Shown here in pieces: positions 12,481-26,033 of a stretch of DNA of 64,000 nt. How positions within the stretch are numbered: position 1 is the stretch's first letter; every line of letters starts with the position of its first letter. A program made the position numbers and the translations under genes. Source of the DNA: Felis catus (Eukaryota); NCBI RefSeq assembly GCF_018350175.1, contig NC_058383.1, positions 3,410,001 to 3,474,000 on the forward strand. Direction: 5' to 3'. The notes below the pieces were generated by a model. It had not been told where the DNA came from. It did no database searches and saw nothing but the letters and a program-made list of their open reading frames with translations.

Positions 12481-13681
12481 TCACGTGGTGGGGAGGGGCA
12501 TCAACACACCTTATCGCTGTGGGTGCTGGAGAGGCTAAAGCTTTAAGCACCGGGAAGTGCAGCGTCATCCAAGCGCCCGCCCCGAGAGTGCGGTACCTTA
12601 CCAAGAAGCCCAGAGAACTTCCACTTAGTGTCTAAACAGCCCGGTGTGGGGAAGGAGAGCCACATGACTGAACCCTCGAAGGCTTTGGGCCAGGAGCATA
12701 GCTCTGCTTCTGGGTCATCTCTGTGACCAAGCCCTTGACTTGCGAGCTTTAACACTCATTATGACCAGTAGAGAGACATCGAAAGAACAAAGTTGCCTCC
12801 GTCTAGGAGTTGCCCCCACGGTGGAAGGACCAGATCGTGATCCGTGGGTCAGTGCCTCCTTTCCTTGCATCAGCAAGAGGATGATCATAAATGCCATGAG
12901 GTTACTGTGAAGGTTCAGTGTGTTACACGGTTACCCAGCGTGCCCAGGACGTGGCAGGTGCTTTCGCCGAACGAATATTTATTGGGTTCCTGCTTCATGT
13001 GGGGCACTCTTGTAGTGCCCAGGATCTACCAATGAGCAAAACGGATTCTGGTGGAGTTCATCCTGTGGGCGGCTCCTTGAAAGGGTAGCCATTCTTATTC
13101 CAACCTGAAGCTTATATTTTAGGAGACACAATACTCAGACTGTTGCAGCCAAAAGAGCACTGGAATTCGAATTAGGAAAAGAATAAAATTTGCATCTTAA
13201 TTCTTCCACTTAACTTGCTCTGTGACCTAGGGGAAGTTGTTTTAATGCAAGAACGCGCATTCTCATAATATGAAACACTACAAGGCAAAGCATCAGTGAG
13301 ATCACATATTTCATCTACCAAATGTCTGACTTAATACGGTCACAGTGCTCAGTGCTGGCAATGTTGTGACAAAACAGACACTTTCTAGGAACTTCTTATT
13401 ATGAAAAGTGCTGCGTATACACAAAGGTCCAGGATATTCGTTCCTGTGTTCACTGTCAGTACCATTTGCATATTTGTTTCATCAAGTCCCCACCTTGTTT
13501 GTTTGTTTTGCTAGAGGATTTTTAAGAAAATCCCAGACGTTATGTCATTTCAACCTTAAGTGATTCACTACATAGCTCAAGTAAATGACATCACACCCAA
13601 CAAGATTAGTGGTAATCCTTAATATCATCTTATACTCAGTCCATATTTAAATGTCTCTAGTTGCTTTTTTTAAATGTCTTT

Positions 13682-15360
13682 CTTTAAATTCCGGTTCATT
13701 AACATAAAGTGTAATATTAGTTTCAGGTGTAGAATTTAGTGATTCATGACTTACACGTAATACCTGGTGTTCATCACCAGTGCCTTCCACAATCCCCGTC
13801 ACCCATCTAGCCCATCACCCACTCACTCTCCTCCCTCCATCAACCCTTGTTTTTTTCTCTATAGTTAAGAGTCTTTTTCTTGGTTTTTCTCTCCCCCGCT
13901 CTAGGTTTCTTTATTTTGTTTCTTAAATTCCACAATGTGAGTGCAGTCATATGGTATTTGTCTCTGACTGACTTGTTTCACTTAGCATTATGCTCTCTAA
14001 CTCCATCCATGCCATTGCAAATGGCAGGATTTCCTTCTTTTTCCTTGCCAAGTAGTATTCCATTGTATATATAAACCACATCTTCTTTATCTGTTCATCA
14101 GTTAATGGACACTTGGGCTCTTTACATAATCTGGCTATTATAGATAGTGCTGCTGTAAACATTCGGGTGCGTATATCTCTTTGAATCAGTGTTTTTGTAT
14201 CCTTTGGATAAATACCTAGTAGTGCAATTGCTGGACCATAGGATAGTCCTATTCTTAACTTTTTGAGGAACCTCCATACTGTTCTCCAGAGTGGCTGCAC
14301 CAGCTTGCTTTCCCACTGACAGAGTAACAGGGTTCCTCTTTGTCCACGTCCTCGCCAATATCTGTTGTTGCCTGAGTTGTTAATTTTAGCCATTCTGACA
14401 TGTGTCAGGTGGTATCTCATTGTCGTTTTGATTTGTATTTCCGTGATGATGAGTGATGTTGAGCATCTTTTCATGTGTCTGTTTAGCCATCTGGATGTCT
14501 TCTTTGGAAAAATGTCTATTCATGTCTTCTGCCCATTTTCAAACTGGGTTTTTTTGTGTGTGTTGAGTTTTGTAAGTTCTTTATAGATTTTGGATGCTAA
14601 CCCTTTATCAGATATGTCTTTTGCAAATATCTTCTCCCATTCCATCGGTTGCCTTTTAGTTTTGCTGATTGTTTCCTTTGCAGTGCAGAAGTTTTTTATT
14701 TTGATGAGGTCCCAGTAGTTCATTTTTGCTTTTGTTTCCCTTGCCTCCGGAGACGTGTTGAGTAAAAAGTTGCTGCGGCCGAGGTCAAAGAGGTTGTTGC
14801 CTTTGTTCTCCTTTAGAATTTTAGTGGCTACCTGTCTCACATTTAGGTCCTTACTCCATTTTGAGTTTATTTTTGTGTATGGTGTGAGAAAGTGGTCCAG
14901 TTTCATTCTTCTGCATGTTGTGTCCAGTTTTCCCAGCACCGTTTGTTGAAGAGACCGCCTTTTTTCCTTTGGATGTCCTTTCCTGCTTTGTCAAAGATCA
15001 GTTGACCATAGAGTTGTGGGTTCATTTCTGGGTTTTCTCTTCCGTCCTATTGATCTTTGTGTCTGTTTTTCTGCCGGGACCGTACTGTCTTGATCACTAC
15101 AGGTTCGTCATATACCTTGAGTTCCAGAAATGTGATGCCTCCAGCTTTGCTCTTCTTTTGCAAGATTGCTTCGGCTGTTCGGGGTCTTCTGTGGTTCCAT
15201 ACAAATTTTAGGATTGTTTGTTCTAGCTCTGTGAAAAGTGCTGGTGGAATTGCATTAAATGTATAGATTGCTTTGGGTAGTACAGACATTTTAACAGTAT
15301 TTGTTCTTCTAATCCATGAGCATGGAATGTATTTTCATTTCCTTTTGTCATCTTCAAATG
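13682..15360 (-). mobile_element. 5'-truncated carnivore L1 (ORF2 C-terminus plus 3' UTR)
   Basis: Minus-strand ORFs match the L1 ORF2 C-terminus ([63 protein letters not shown]) with frameshifts. It is nested in an older L1 3' UTR at about 13395-13680 and 15375-15600. Confidence 0.95.
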
Positions 15361-15636
15361 CTTTTTTTTTTTTTAATGACTTTTCACAGTTGATTCTTTT
15401 GAATCCAAATCCAGATCCAAATGAGGTCTGTCCATTGCTTCATCAACAAGAGCCTCACCCCCCTTTCCCCTGCCCTTGCCTGGTACAGAGGCCAGGGCGT
15501 CTGTCCTGTAGAATGTCCCAAGTCCGGGGCTTGGCTGATTGCTTCCGTGTGGTGTCATTTAATGCGTTCCTGCATCTCTTTTATTGCCCAGAGACTGGAG
15601 TGAATTTGCATTCGGCTTTTGGCTTTGTGCATTCTC

Positions 15637-15639
<3 letters not shown>

Positions 15640-15719
<80 letters not shown>
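15640..15719. repeat. Compound (GA)n(GT)n microsatellite
   Basis: Seen directly. Confidence 0.97.
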
Positions 15720-15720
<1 letters not shown>

Positions 15721-17489
15721 AGGGGTGCCTGGGCATTTGCTGGGTACTTCCCACTCACTCACAAGGAGATGCTGGAAGCCCAGCTCCTCTGCCTTTAGTG
15801 GTGTTTGATCCGTCCCCATGTCTGGGAAGTGACAGCCTATAAGGTTTGGGAGGAGTTGTTTCTGTGTCCCTGAGTCTTGGTTTCCTCAACTGTCAGAGAG
15901 GAGATGATGCCTTCTCCCCAAGAAGATCCATGTGCCTACAGATGCAAACACGCTTCCAGACCGCCAGCGGCCATATAGACCTCGGGCATTAATAATAATG
16001 GTTCTTGTGGCAATTGAATTTTTCTTTGAAAAAGTATTTCCCTTCCTAAGATACCTTTGATTGAGAACATGATAATGCTCTTTTTTTATTGGAGAAAGCT
16101 CCCAGTACATTTGTGAAGGTCAAAAGCCACCAGCTTTTTCACCAGTAGACAGGGCGAAGGAGCGGTGACCTCCTCGGGGGTTCTGGGCACTTGAAGGTAA
16201 CAGGAAGATCAGTGACGCTCTTTGTGGGGCAGAGGTTTGTTTCATAGCCCGACTGGGGAAGACTGAAATTCCTTAGGCTTCTAGATCAGAGGGCAGGAGG
16301 CGTCCCTGAAGGGGAGGAAAAAGCTATTGAAACTTTTATGGGATGGTTTCCTTTGTCAAAAGAATCCTCTACATTCCAGCCCCTCCGACAGCATCTTGTA
16401 GTACTTTTTTCTGAGGACCTGGAGGAGAACCTTTTAAAGGGATTTTGCTTATGGATTGTCAGGAGCAGACCTGCTATTTAAATTTTAACAGTCTCGGCAA
16501 GCTTGCAGCTCAGAGGCTTGTGAATGAGCAAATCCTTCCCAAACTACTTTTTTTTTTTTTTTTTTTTGGTACAAATCAGAGTGCCTGTGAGATGGATCAG
16601 GTTCATTTGTATTAGTGCTCGGTTTAATCTCTCTTCCTGCCAGACCTTTTATCTTCTAGTAGGAAGAAGGAAAAGAATAAATAAAGAGTTCTGTAGATGC
16701 AGCCCGCAGACTGAGCGGGACCCCAGGGTACAGGGCAGACTAATAGGCCCTGTTGCCTATCATCAGCAGATCCCCCGGATGGGGTTACACACTTTGAGGA
16801 GTTGTTTATACTCCGAGTGAAGGAGCAGATCCCACGGGGCAGAATCTGGGAGGGAAGGCACCTGGGCGGGCAAGGCAGCGGGTGCCCCTGCCCTGCCCCC
16901 CATGCCGACACTCACCGTCTCAGTCCGCGGGCTCCCCCACCGTCCTTCTGAGTCTGCCCCCTTCTGAACCTGCACCATACGGTTTACCTGACCGAGCAGG
17001 TGAGCCGTCCGCTTACTGACAGGCTCTACGGAAAAAGAAGAAGGAGAGAAAGGATGTTTTATCGAGCACCGCGTCAGTCAGGTGCCGCTCTAATTCGAGT
17101 AGGCGGCACTCTCGAATTAGAGCAGTCCGGGAGGAAATTTCCAAAGGGAAGGTCTGCCCAGGTGTGGAGCCTTGTGACTCAGGACACAGACGCAAGGGTT
17201 GCTGCAGGGTCCAGACAGCGAGGTGGCCTAGAGCTGCCCCCATGAGAAGAACAGGGGGATCGCCCCATGAGTAAGAAAGAGTCCAGCCCTGCCAGGCAGG
17301 TCGTCGGGGGCACAGGACAGGGAGGGGAAGGTGGGAGGGGTGAAGGGGACGGTGGGAGGGGGACCCAATGTCCAGCACTGGGATCCACCGCGGGCCAGGC
17401 TTTGTGCTGGAGGCATCAGTGCGCGTCTCTTCTTCACCATGACTGTCTTGGGAGTTGTGTTATTCCCCCATTTTTTTTTTTTTTACCAT

Positions 17490-17865
17490 TTAAACAAATG
17501 TTTAATTGCGGTAATATATGCATAACATAAAATCTGTTGTCTTAACCAGTTTTAAATGCACAATTCAGTGGCGTTAAAGTACACTCACATTGTACCGCCA
17601 ATCTCCAGAATTGTTTTCATCTGGAAAAACTGGAACCCTGTACCCATTAAGCAGGACTCCCCGTCTCCCCCTCCCTCCACCCCTGGCAGCTGCCGTTCGA
17701 CCTTGTGTCTGCGAATCTGACTCCTCCAGGGACCTCATATAGGTGGAATCCTACACTGTGTGTCCATCGTGACTGCCTTATTTTCAAGGCTTAACTGCAT
17801 TGGAGTGTGTGTTTGAATTGCTTTTCTTCCTTCCTTCCTTCCTTCCTTCCTTCCTTCCTTCCTTC

Positions 17866-17904
<39 letters not shown>

Positions 17905-18312
17905 TCCTTTCTTTCTTTTATCAAGGCTGAATAGTATTTCAGTGCACGAAGAGACCACGCTTGGTCCATCCCTCCATCCATCCATCCACAGACACTACGG
18001 CTGCTCCCACCTTTTGGTTGTTGTGAATACTACTGTGAAGATGGGTTCATAACAGATAGCTCTTTGAGCCCCTCCTTTCAGCTCTTTGGGGTTTATATTT
18101 TGAAGTGGAACAGCTGCACCAAATGGCAGTTCTGTTTTTAGTCTTTAGAGGAGCCTCCATACTGTCTTCCCCAGCAGGTGCACAATTCTGCATCCCACCA
18201 TCAGCACACGAGTCCCAGCCTCTCTCCGTCCTCACCCACCCAGGCCATTCTCTGCTTTCTGTAGAGTGGCCGTCCCCTGGGTGGGAGGTGGGTCTCACTG
18301 TGGTTTTGACTT
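17490..18312 (-). mobile_element. L1MA/MB-like 3' fragment containing a (CTTC)n(TTTC)n microsatellite
   Basis: acataaaatc...cacaattcagtggc...gacctcatataggtggaatc...gtctcactgtggttttgactt. Microsatellite at about 17822-17915. Confidence 0.8.
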
Positions 18313-20133
18313 GTCCCCCCCCCCCCCTTTTTACAGAAGAAACTCAAACAGAAATAGACACCTGTACGTGAAAGAGTGGTGGCCAGCCGTGGACACTTGT
18401 GTGTGTTGTCTTCAGAATGAAAACTATCTCCACTGGACTGTGACTTGGCAGGGACGGGCCCTGCTCCCCAACCAAGTCCAGTTACGTGGATGCGACAGAA
18501 GCCTCTTCCACGGGCCGTGTGGACAAATGGCTGTTTTTTGTACAGGAGCCTGCTTAGCGAACCAGATCACCACGAGCCATTTGGTGCTTCTAGAAGGGTC
18601 TCAGACTCCCAAAGCAAAAAGGCAAATTGGTGTGAGGTCTTCTGGAGTTAACTGGGGATGCACACGTGGCAGTTTTAAGGAAACATAAAGAGAGGGGGAC
18701 CTTCATCAAGCATAGATTACCTATATCACTGAGAATCAAAGGCCAAGAACACTGAAATGCCCAGCTGGTGGTGAGGACCGCGTTCCCAGAAAGCCATTTT
18801 TGGAAGCAGCTTTATTTGAAATAATTAAAAAAGATTCAGCCTTTGTAGCCCAACTGGCTTCGTGCTGCAGAGCAGCGTAACTTTTTTGCTGGGGGATCAG
18901 CTAACTCCAGCTTAGCAGTAGACAGCTCCCTGTGAGCGTCCACGCGGACTGCCCTCGAGAGCCTCATTTCGTTGTGAAGCGGTTTGTAGCTACTTCGTGG
19001 TGACTCCCAAGGACCCAGCGTGCATTCCCGATGCGCTCCCGGCACGGACTTGTGAGTCCTGAGCGTCACGTCCTTGGGTTCTTCTGCTGTGTGTGGAGCA
19101 TGCCCACAGCCTGCAGCGTCGGCAACGTGAGCCTCGCCTGACGCCATCACGGAAATCATGCCTCGCCTCTCTGACCATCTCCAGTGTGGGTGAGAGGGAG
19201 GGAGTTTGGTACCTCTTCCAAGGAACAAGACAGACAATTTGATTTCCGCAAGAAGCCCCCTCTCTGACCTCCCATTTCACTTCACTGATAACTTGAAAAT
19301 GCAGTTCTGGCGTCCTGATGATTCCAAATGAGAAGCGACAGTGGGTGTTCAAATTCGCTGCCAGGTCTTGTTTATTCCGGGGCATCATTCTGTGAAACGA
19401 TGGGGCCAAAAAGCGTGTTTAAACTCTGTTAAAAAAAAAAAAATCCTACGAAGGTGTAGGAGCCCAGCAGAATCCCCTGAAGCCGTCCAGGCGAGGGCCC
19501 ATTTGGCTGACGGAGTCGCTCTTGCGCACCTGCCCGCGGGCTGGGTGCAAAGATATCCTAAACTCGCTGCGAATTTCATTACGCCTCCCTCCAGCCAAAG
19601 CCACTCAGGGGTGCGGTGCTGTAATGGGCCGCCACGCAGATGGGTTGCAAAATGCACAGCCCATCTGTCTTTATCATGCTCATTTCCTCTTTTATTAAAA
19701 TGTTAATGAATATAGTTTTTATTTATCATTTGGTGACATGTGCGGCATCCTTTTCTGGGAGACAAGTCTGCAATCTGCCTAACCGTGTGAGCTGACAGAG
19801 AGCGCAGGAGCGAGGAATATTTTGGTTGCGTTTAAACTGCCACATGCAGGTTGAGCAAAAAAATTCCTTCACTTGTGGACAGCAGCATGGGGGACGACGG
19901 GAGGTATGCTGGGCTTGGAGTGGGCCCCCGAGTTTCACGCCAGGCCCACAGGCTACCGGCTGTTAGCCATGTGGCCACGAGCCTTGGTTTCCACTTCTGT
20001 CACACGGGGCTGTCTGCTCTCTCTGCCCAGGAAAGCAGATGAGAGAACTTTATGGGGACGCGTTTCGCCTTCACTTGTTATCATTCAGACATGTGCTCGT
20101 ATGGTTCTGATTTCATTTTGCTCATTCTTTCAG

Positions 20134-20281
20134 ACTCTCCGTGGAAGGTGCATCTGTCAAACGTCGGCCCCGAGATGACAGGCGTCACCGTGCGCGGCCT
20201 GACTCCAGCTCGCACCTATCAGTTCAGGGTGTGTGCCGTGAATCAAGTGGGCAAGGGTCAGTACAGCGCAGAGACGAGCAG
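20134..20281 (+). CDS. SDK1: Sidekick-1 coding exon (FN3 repeat, C-terminal half)
   Basis: Acceptor ctcattctttcag and donor AG|gtgtgt. 148 nt, phase 1 to 2. Encodes [48 protein letters not shown], which matches recalled mammalian SDK1. Confidence 0.95.
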
Positions 20282-21239
20282 GTGTGTGAGCGCGCGGCCC
20301 TCCGTGGTGACGAGGGGCAGCTCGGGCCTGAAAACAAGACGGAACATCCAGTTAGGAGGAGGAAATAGATCCAAGTAACCACCCTGCCCCCTTAGCGACG
20401 TTGGCCACAACGTAGGCAGGAATTACTGTAACCAAGAGAGAAACACAGTCCCTCGTGTGTTGGCCTAGCGGGGTTCTCCCTAATCGCTCTGAGGGAAGTT
20501 TCTTAGACTTCCGTGGTGCCCTGGCGGGGCCGACACAGATCATCCCAGATCGCACAGGCCTCTGCATACATGCAGTGCACAGCCGACGGTGTTTCTGCGC
20601 CCTCTGTCTACCCCGGCCACCAGCACGAAGGGAGCTGGTGCCGCTGTTGGGACAAGTAAACACCGGGCCGGGCTCGTCGCATCCCCGAGTGGCCCTGCCG
20701 CTCCCCCGGCCCTGGGGCGGCTGCTGTGGAAGCCCATTCAGATGTGACCTGCGAAAATGGCTTCCTCCCATCCACACATTCCTGCGTGCCCTCCCCAACC
20801 CGCCTGAGCGTTCGCGGGGCCCGAATCATGGCATGATTGAGCTCTCAATGACTTTTTTCAAAATGTGGGAGTGTGATGTGAGAAATGTCGAAAGAGCCAA
20901 AGGAAAAGCAATGTGGAAGGAGTCTCGGGCTGTGGGCCTGCAGACTGGCCCGCTCGGGCTTGCGATCCCTTCCCGGGCGGAGGTGCCGCTCCTTCAGACA
21001 GAGTCAGGTCACCTCCTGCGCCTGCCCCGGTGCTCGCGTAGCCGGTTTTCCGTTACGTTGCCTTCGCTGTACCCGCTTCCTGACTGTCCTGCTAGCAGGA
21101 TCGGCCGTGTGCTTTGCTCGGTTCATCCCTCGATTTTCTAAAGTAGTTGGGCTCCAGATTCAGTGAGACAGAGAATGCAGATGGGGACCCTTTGTTTCGG
21201 ATGCCGATCTGTCTCTCCCTGCCCATATCTTATGTCTAG

Positions 21240-21380
21240 GTTGGTGTTACCCGAAGAGCCGCCCAGCGCTCCCCCGAAGAATATCGTGGCCAGCGGGCGT
21301 ACCAATCAGTCCATCATGGTCCAGTGGCAGCCGCCCCCAGAGACGGAGCACAACGGGGTGCTGCGCGGGTACATCCTCAG
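21240..21380 (+). CDS. SDK1: Sidekick-1 coding exon (FN3) ending at a GC donor
   Basis: Acceptor tatgtctag. 141 nt, phase 2 to 2. Encodes [47 protein letters not shown]. Donor is CAG|gcgagt and joins the next exon in frame. Confidence 0.93.
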
Positions 21381-24300
21381 GCGAGTAGCCTGTGCTTGGC
21401 CGGCTCGAGGCTGTGGTCACGAAGCCAGGGCTCTGTTTCGCTGGGGGCGGCCTTGCAGAGAGCGTCTGCATATCCGGCCTAGCATGTGCACACCAGAACC
21501 CCGCACCGATGGTGACATTTGGTAGAAGATTGAAGGGGGACGTGATGAGTCGGGGTCAGGGTGTGCTTTCCATCGTGAATCCAGGGGCACACATTATTTA
21601 CTGTAATAATTTTTAACTAACAGTAGTGCAACCGATTTAATCATTAGCCAGTCGTTCCCATGCTGGCTAGCACGTTGTTCAGTATTGCCAGGCCCTCTAG
21701 TGTTTCAAAGAAATGTTTTAAAAACCTACCTTTTTACATGCGATCTCACAGCTTTTAAATGTCAGAAATGAAGTCGGCCCGTTTTGGACCACAGTGCAGG
21801 CCGAGCTCACTCTTCTGCAGGCCATATGTGGCCCCACGTTGTGGCCGCTTTGTTTTCTCTGCCTTGTGAGGGTGGCCAGGCTTCTAAGGATGTCGAGAGG
21901 GCTCCCCCAGATCTTGGCTGGGTTTGAGACGAGGAGTCCCTTTTGCCAAAACTACTGCTAATTTTGAAATTGCACCAGATGTGATCATTGCAGTGGTTTG
22001 TTGACACAGTAGCAAGCAGGAAAAAGAAAAGCAGTCTCAGAGGGTAATTATGAAATCACTTCCAACAGACCGTGCAGCCACGGACGCGTTTGCTCACCGA
22101 CATGCACCGCCTGTCCCTCCCCAGCCTCCCCAGCGGGTGTCCGCCACTCCCTTCCTCCCAATGCCAGGCCTCTGGCGCCCATTCTGAGCATGTGACCAGA
22201 AAATATGGGTGGACAAAGGTCTCAGGGGGCTAAATGTAATTTCTTAGACAAATGTAAGAAGTTATGAAGGTACAGCTTTTTTAGCTCCGTTATCTTTGCA
22301 TGTGGAGGACCATTCCTTCCAGTATATATTTATGTAATCATCCATTCATTTATTACACCTTTATCCACGTGCACGTATAATTAGCCAATCACCAACACTT
22401 CCTGCTATTCTCAAGTCTTCCTCAAGCATGTGAATTGTCCTCTAAACATAAGCTAGGCCATTATCCACCTGAAGGGGTTTAAGTGTGACCCCTAGGGGCC
22501 CACGGGGGCTGGAGGGCTGGAGTCGGCACTCGGGGTCTCTCTGGTCACTGTGCCTCCAAGTGTCCTCCCCCTTCCAACAAGAGACCTGGCACAGGGGCAC
22601 CTGTGGGCTCTGGGCGGTTCCCAGATCCCTCTAGAAAACTAGCTGGCCACCCACCCCCCACCCAGGTCTCCTGCCCGCTCCTGGGCCCTCACTTCAGCTG
22701 TCACTCTTGTCCCATGCTCATCAGCTAATGAAAATCATTGCCTTGCCCTCCACCCGGCCCTTCACATGCTTGTCATTTCGGCCGCCTCTTTCTTTTCTTG
22801 AGCACACAGAAAAGGTTCCTCAGGCTCCAGCTGCCAAGTAAGGACTTTAAAAGTCAGCCTGCAGAACCAGGCTCGGGGCGTGGGGCTTAATAATGAAACC
22901 CCTCTGATGTTACAAGTCCCCGTCGGGGACTGCACATTTCTCCATTTTGTGGGATTACCGCTGTTAAAAGGATTTTCTGTGATATGTTGGGAGAGTCGAG
23001 TGCTGGGAAGGAGGGCATCTGTGTTTGTAGGGGTTTAAATCAAGGAAGTCCTAAAATGAGGGTGCACTATCCAAGGCCTGTGAATATCAAAGTTTTCAGA
23101 AATTAAAGACCCATGCCAAAACAAATTTGCTTGGAAACATTTCCGAATAATCCTCCGGTCTGCAAATCAGCTCTTTGTGCAAGTGTGCATCCTCCAGGGC
23201 ACAAGACTCTGTGTCAGAGCCTTAGCACAGCCCATGGAAGAACAAAATGGAAATAAATCACCGTCGCGGCTCTGGCCGTGAGAAGTAGTTAGGATGTGTG
23301 CACAGTAATAAAATATTTATAATAATGGGCAGGGTGCTTCTTTGAGAGGAGCATAGGGGTTATGTCCTTTAAAAACATTCTTCTGTTTATTTCCATATAA
23401 AAAAATGATCTTGTTCTGTGCGAGACAGTCTCCCAGGCAACGTATCCCACCAGTGAGAGGGCGATGCCCTGTGCTTCTGTTATTAATTGTGACCTTCCCA
23501 GACATCCTGTGAATGTTACAAAAGCACCCGAGCCGCGGGTCGGAATGGGCCAGCCTGCCTGCTGCAGAGAGGAGAGGAGGGCGGCCGCTTCTAAGACATG
23601 AATCCTGTGGTCTGTTCCACACGATCCTATAAACAAGGGTCCAGGAGATACGGTTCGTACGGGCTTCACGTCCTTCCTGGATGAGCAGTGTTCTCACAAC
23701 CAGAAATACTTACAGGGTGCTTCACACTGTCACGTCTCCTTTGTGTCCATCGTTTGGTTTTATTCTCGCGAAAACCCAGCGGAAGGCCATTATTATGTCC
23801 TTCCCGGGAGTTCTAAACCAAGGTTCGGAGAAGTTAAGAGTTTGCTTGAGGCCGCCCAGCTCATCAGTCGTCTTCCCAGCTCCTTCTGGAGCTCACGTCT
23901 TTGCTTTTCCCCGGAATGTGTCATGCGTAGAGATGCCTCCACATTAACGAGACCTTCTCAAGTGACTGCCCGGTATGTGCCATATTGGTTATTATGAGTG
24001 GTCCTGGGCGCCATTCACACGCCAGGGCGCCCTGGTGCTGCCGTGGGGCCAATCCTTGCCTTCTTCCAAATGGCTCTCTCACCGTCTCGGTGCTGTTTAT
24101 TTTGTAGATGGGGAATTTGAGTGGGAGTACCTGGCTTGCGGGTTATCCCACGCCACGCCTGTGTCCCCATGGGCCGCTGCCTTGAAGGCCGTGATGTTAC
24201 ATGAGTGAACTTGACCCCCGCTGGGACGCAGGTAGTTCAGTAAAGGAATATCAAGTCAGTCGGTGTCAGAAGTGGATGGAATAGGAAAGCAGAAATGTGG

Positions 24301-25760
24301 CGTGAGGCATTGGCCCCTGTTTTTGCCCGTCACGGGAGCACTGTCCGTCCCCCACGCCTCCGGCCAGGCGAGCCGCACCTCCTTTCAGGCGAAGGCAGGA
24401 GGTGGCCTGGGACCTTCTCACTATTCCGGTTCTGCCTGTTCTTGATCTTGTATTTTTCCCACCACACGGGCCTCACCTGCACACGTGGTCTGTGGCTGAA
24501 AGGCTGCCCTCGGAAAGTCCTGATTTTCTCGAAGGACCTTATGTTGCAGTCTCTGTGCTTTCGTCCTCTTTGGAGAGCTCTGTTTTCCCTTGAAGGGCCT
24601 CAATTCGGGGTTTCTTCTCCCCTCCCCCACCGACGGCAGTAGCCTTGCTGGGCCTTCCCCTCTGTGCCCAGGCGCTCTGCCCGTGGCCCCAACCTGCCAT
24701 CAAGAGTCCTCTCGCCCTGTGTCCCCTCGGCCCTCACCCTCTCCCTCTCCTCAGACAAAGCCACATCTTCCCGAGCCAAGAGCCGCTGCTCGGACAGGAT
24801 CTGGAGGCTTCGGGAGCTGTGTGACGGCCAAGGCACTGTCTCCCGCCACCCGCCCCCGCACTCCACCCTGGGGAACCAGTGCACTTCTAAAAACCAAGTT
24901 GTGAAAAGCATTCGCTACCCCAAATAATGCCACAATAGCCCTTGGGTAGTACACGTGGCAATTGCCTAATTTATATGTTTTCTAAGTCCCGAGTCGTGCA
25001 TGTGACTTTGGAACGCAGATACAGCGTGAAAAGTATTCCGCTTGCTCCACACAGTTCCTTCTCGAACACGGGTGAAATCGGCGTAGAGCACTGTATTAGG
25101 GTCAGGTGCACGCCGCAACAATTCCGCTCTGTGTGCTGCAGCCTGACGACCGCAGCCAGCCCCGCCGCCATCGGGAGCCGTACACGGAACCCTGCGCCCG
25201 TTTCGTCCATGATGGCCCCCTAACAAACAGCCCAGCCCATCCACCTCAGCATGCGACCAGTATTTTAGAAGTGGGAACACCACCGAAAGCCACTTGTTCT
25301 GGTTCTGGGGCTGCGTGAACAAACCTAGAAACCCTGGACGGGAGAGGCAGCGGGCCTCCCGCCTCCCTGCTTTTCCCCACGTTTCAGGACCACGGGAGGA
25401 AAGCTGTCCCTCCACAATCGTTATTTACGGCAACACCCGACACGGGAGCTGTGCCAGGAATTTCTGGTGCTAAGTCACCGCGCCCCCCAGGCGACTTACA
25501 CTAAAAAGCTATAATTTTTCTTTAACCGTAACACAGTTGCATTCCACAGTAACACAGTCAGTTCCATTTTGACCAGAGCTCATAATCGCTGTGAGATTCA
25601 GTGACACCGCGTCTGAGGGGTTGGCCTAGGAAGCGGTGTTGTCTGGGGCTGACCTCTGGCTTCACTCTTGTTCCCTGACTCCGTTTCCCTCCAACCGCGT
25701 GGAATCCACGCAGGTACCCCCGCGTCCTGGTGCCAGCCGTCTCTCCACATTGCGATGCAG

Positions 25761-25942
25761 GTACCGCCTGGCCGGCCTGCCCGGGGAGCACCAGCAGCGG
25801 AACATCACCAGCCCGGAGGTCAACTACTGCCTGGTGACCGAGCTGATCATCTGGACCCAGTATGAAATCCAGGTGGCAGCCTACAACGGGGCGGGCCTGG
25901 GAGTCTTCAGCAGGGCCGTGACGGAGTACACCCTACAAGGAG
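25761..25942 (+). CDS. SDK1: Sidekick-1 coding exon (FN3)
   Basis: Acceptor gatgcag and donor G|gtaagc. 182 nt, phase 2 to 1. Encodes [61 protein letters not shown]. Confidence 0.95.
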
Positions 25943-26033
25943 GTAAGCTTGCTTTTCCGCGAGGTTGCACGGTCTCTGTCGGGGAGCAGGGCACGTCGAG
26001 TTTGACGAGAGCACGTTAGAAGTAAAGATGAAA

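Noticed and set aside
1..20133. The preceding SDK1 exon (recalled ELPHSPQ...VELSEN)
   Set aside because: No matching coding sequence was seen. It probably lies upstream of the window.
25711..25760. Upstream alternative acceptor cacgcag|gtaccc resembling the true cag|gtaccg
   Set aside because: It would add 47 nt and shift the frame, and there is no evidence of use.
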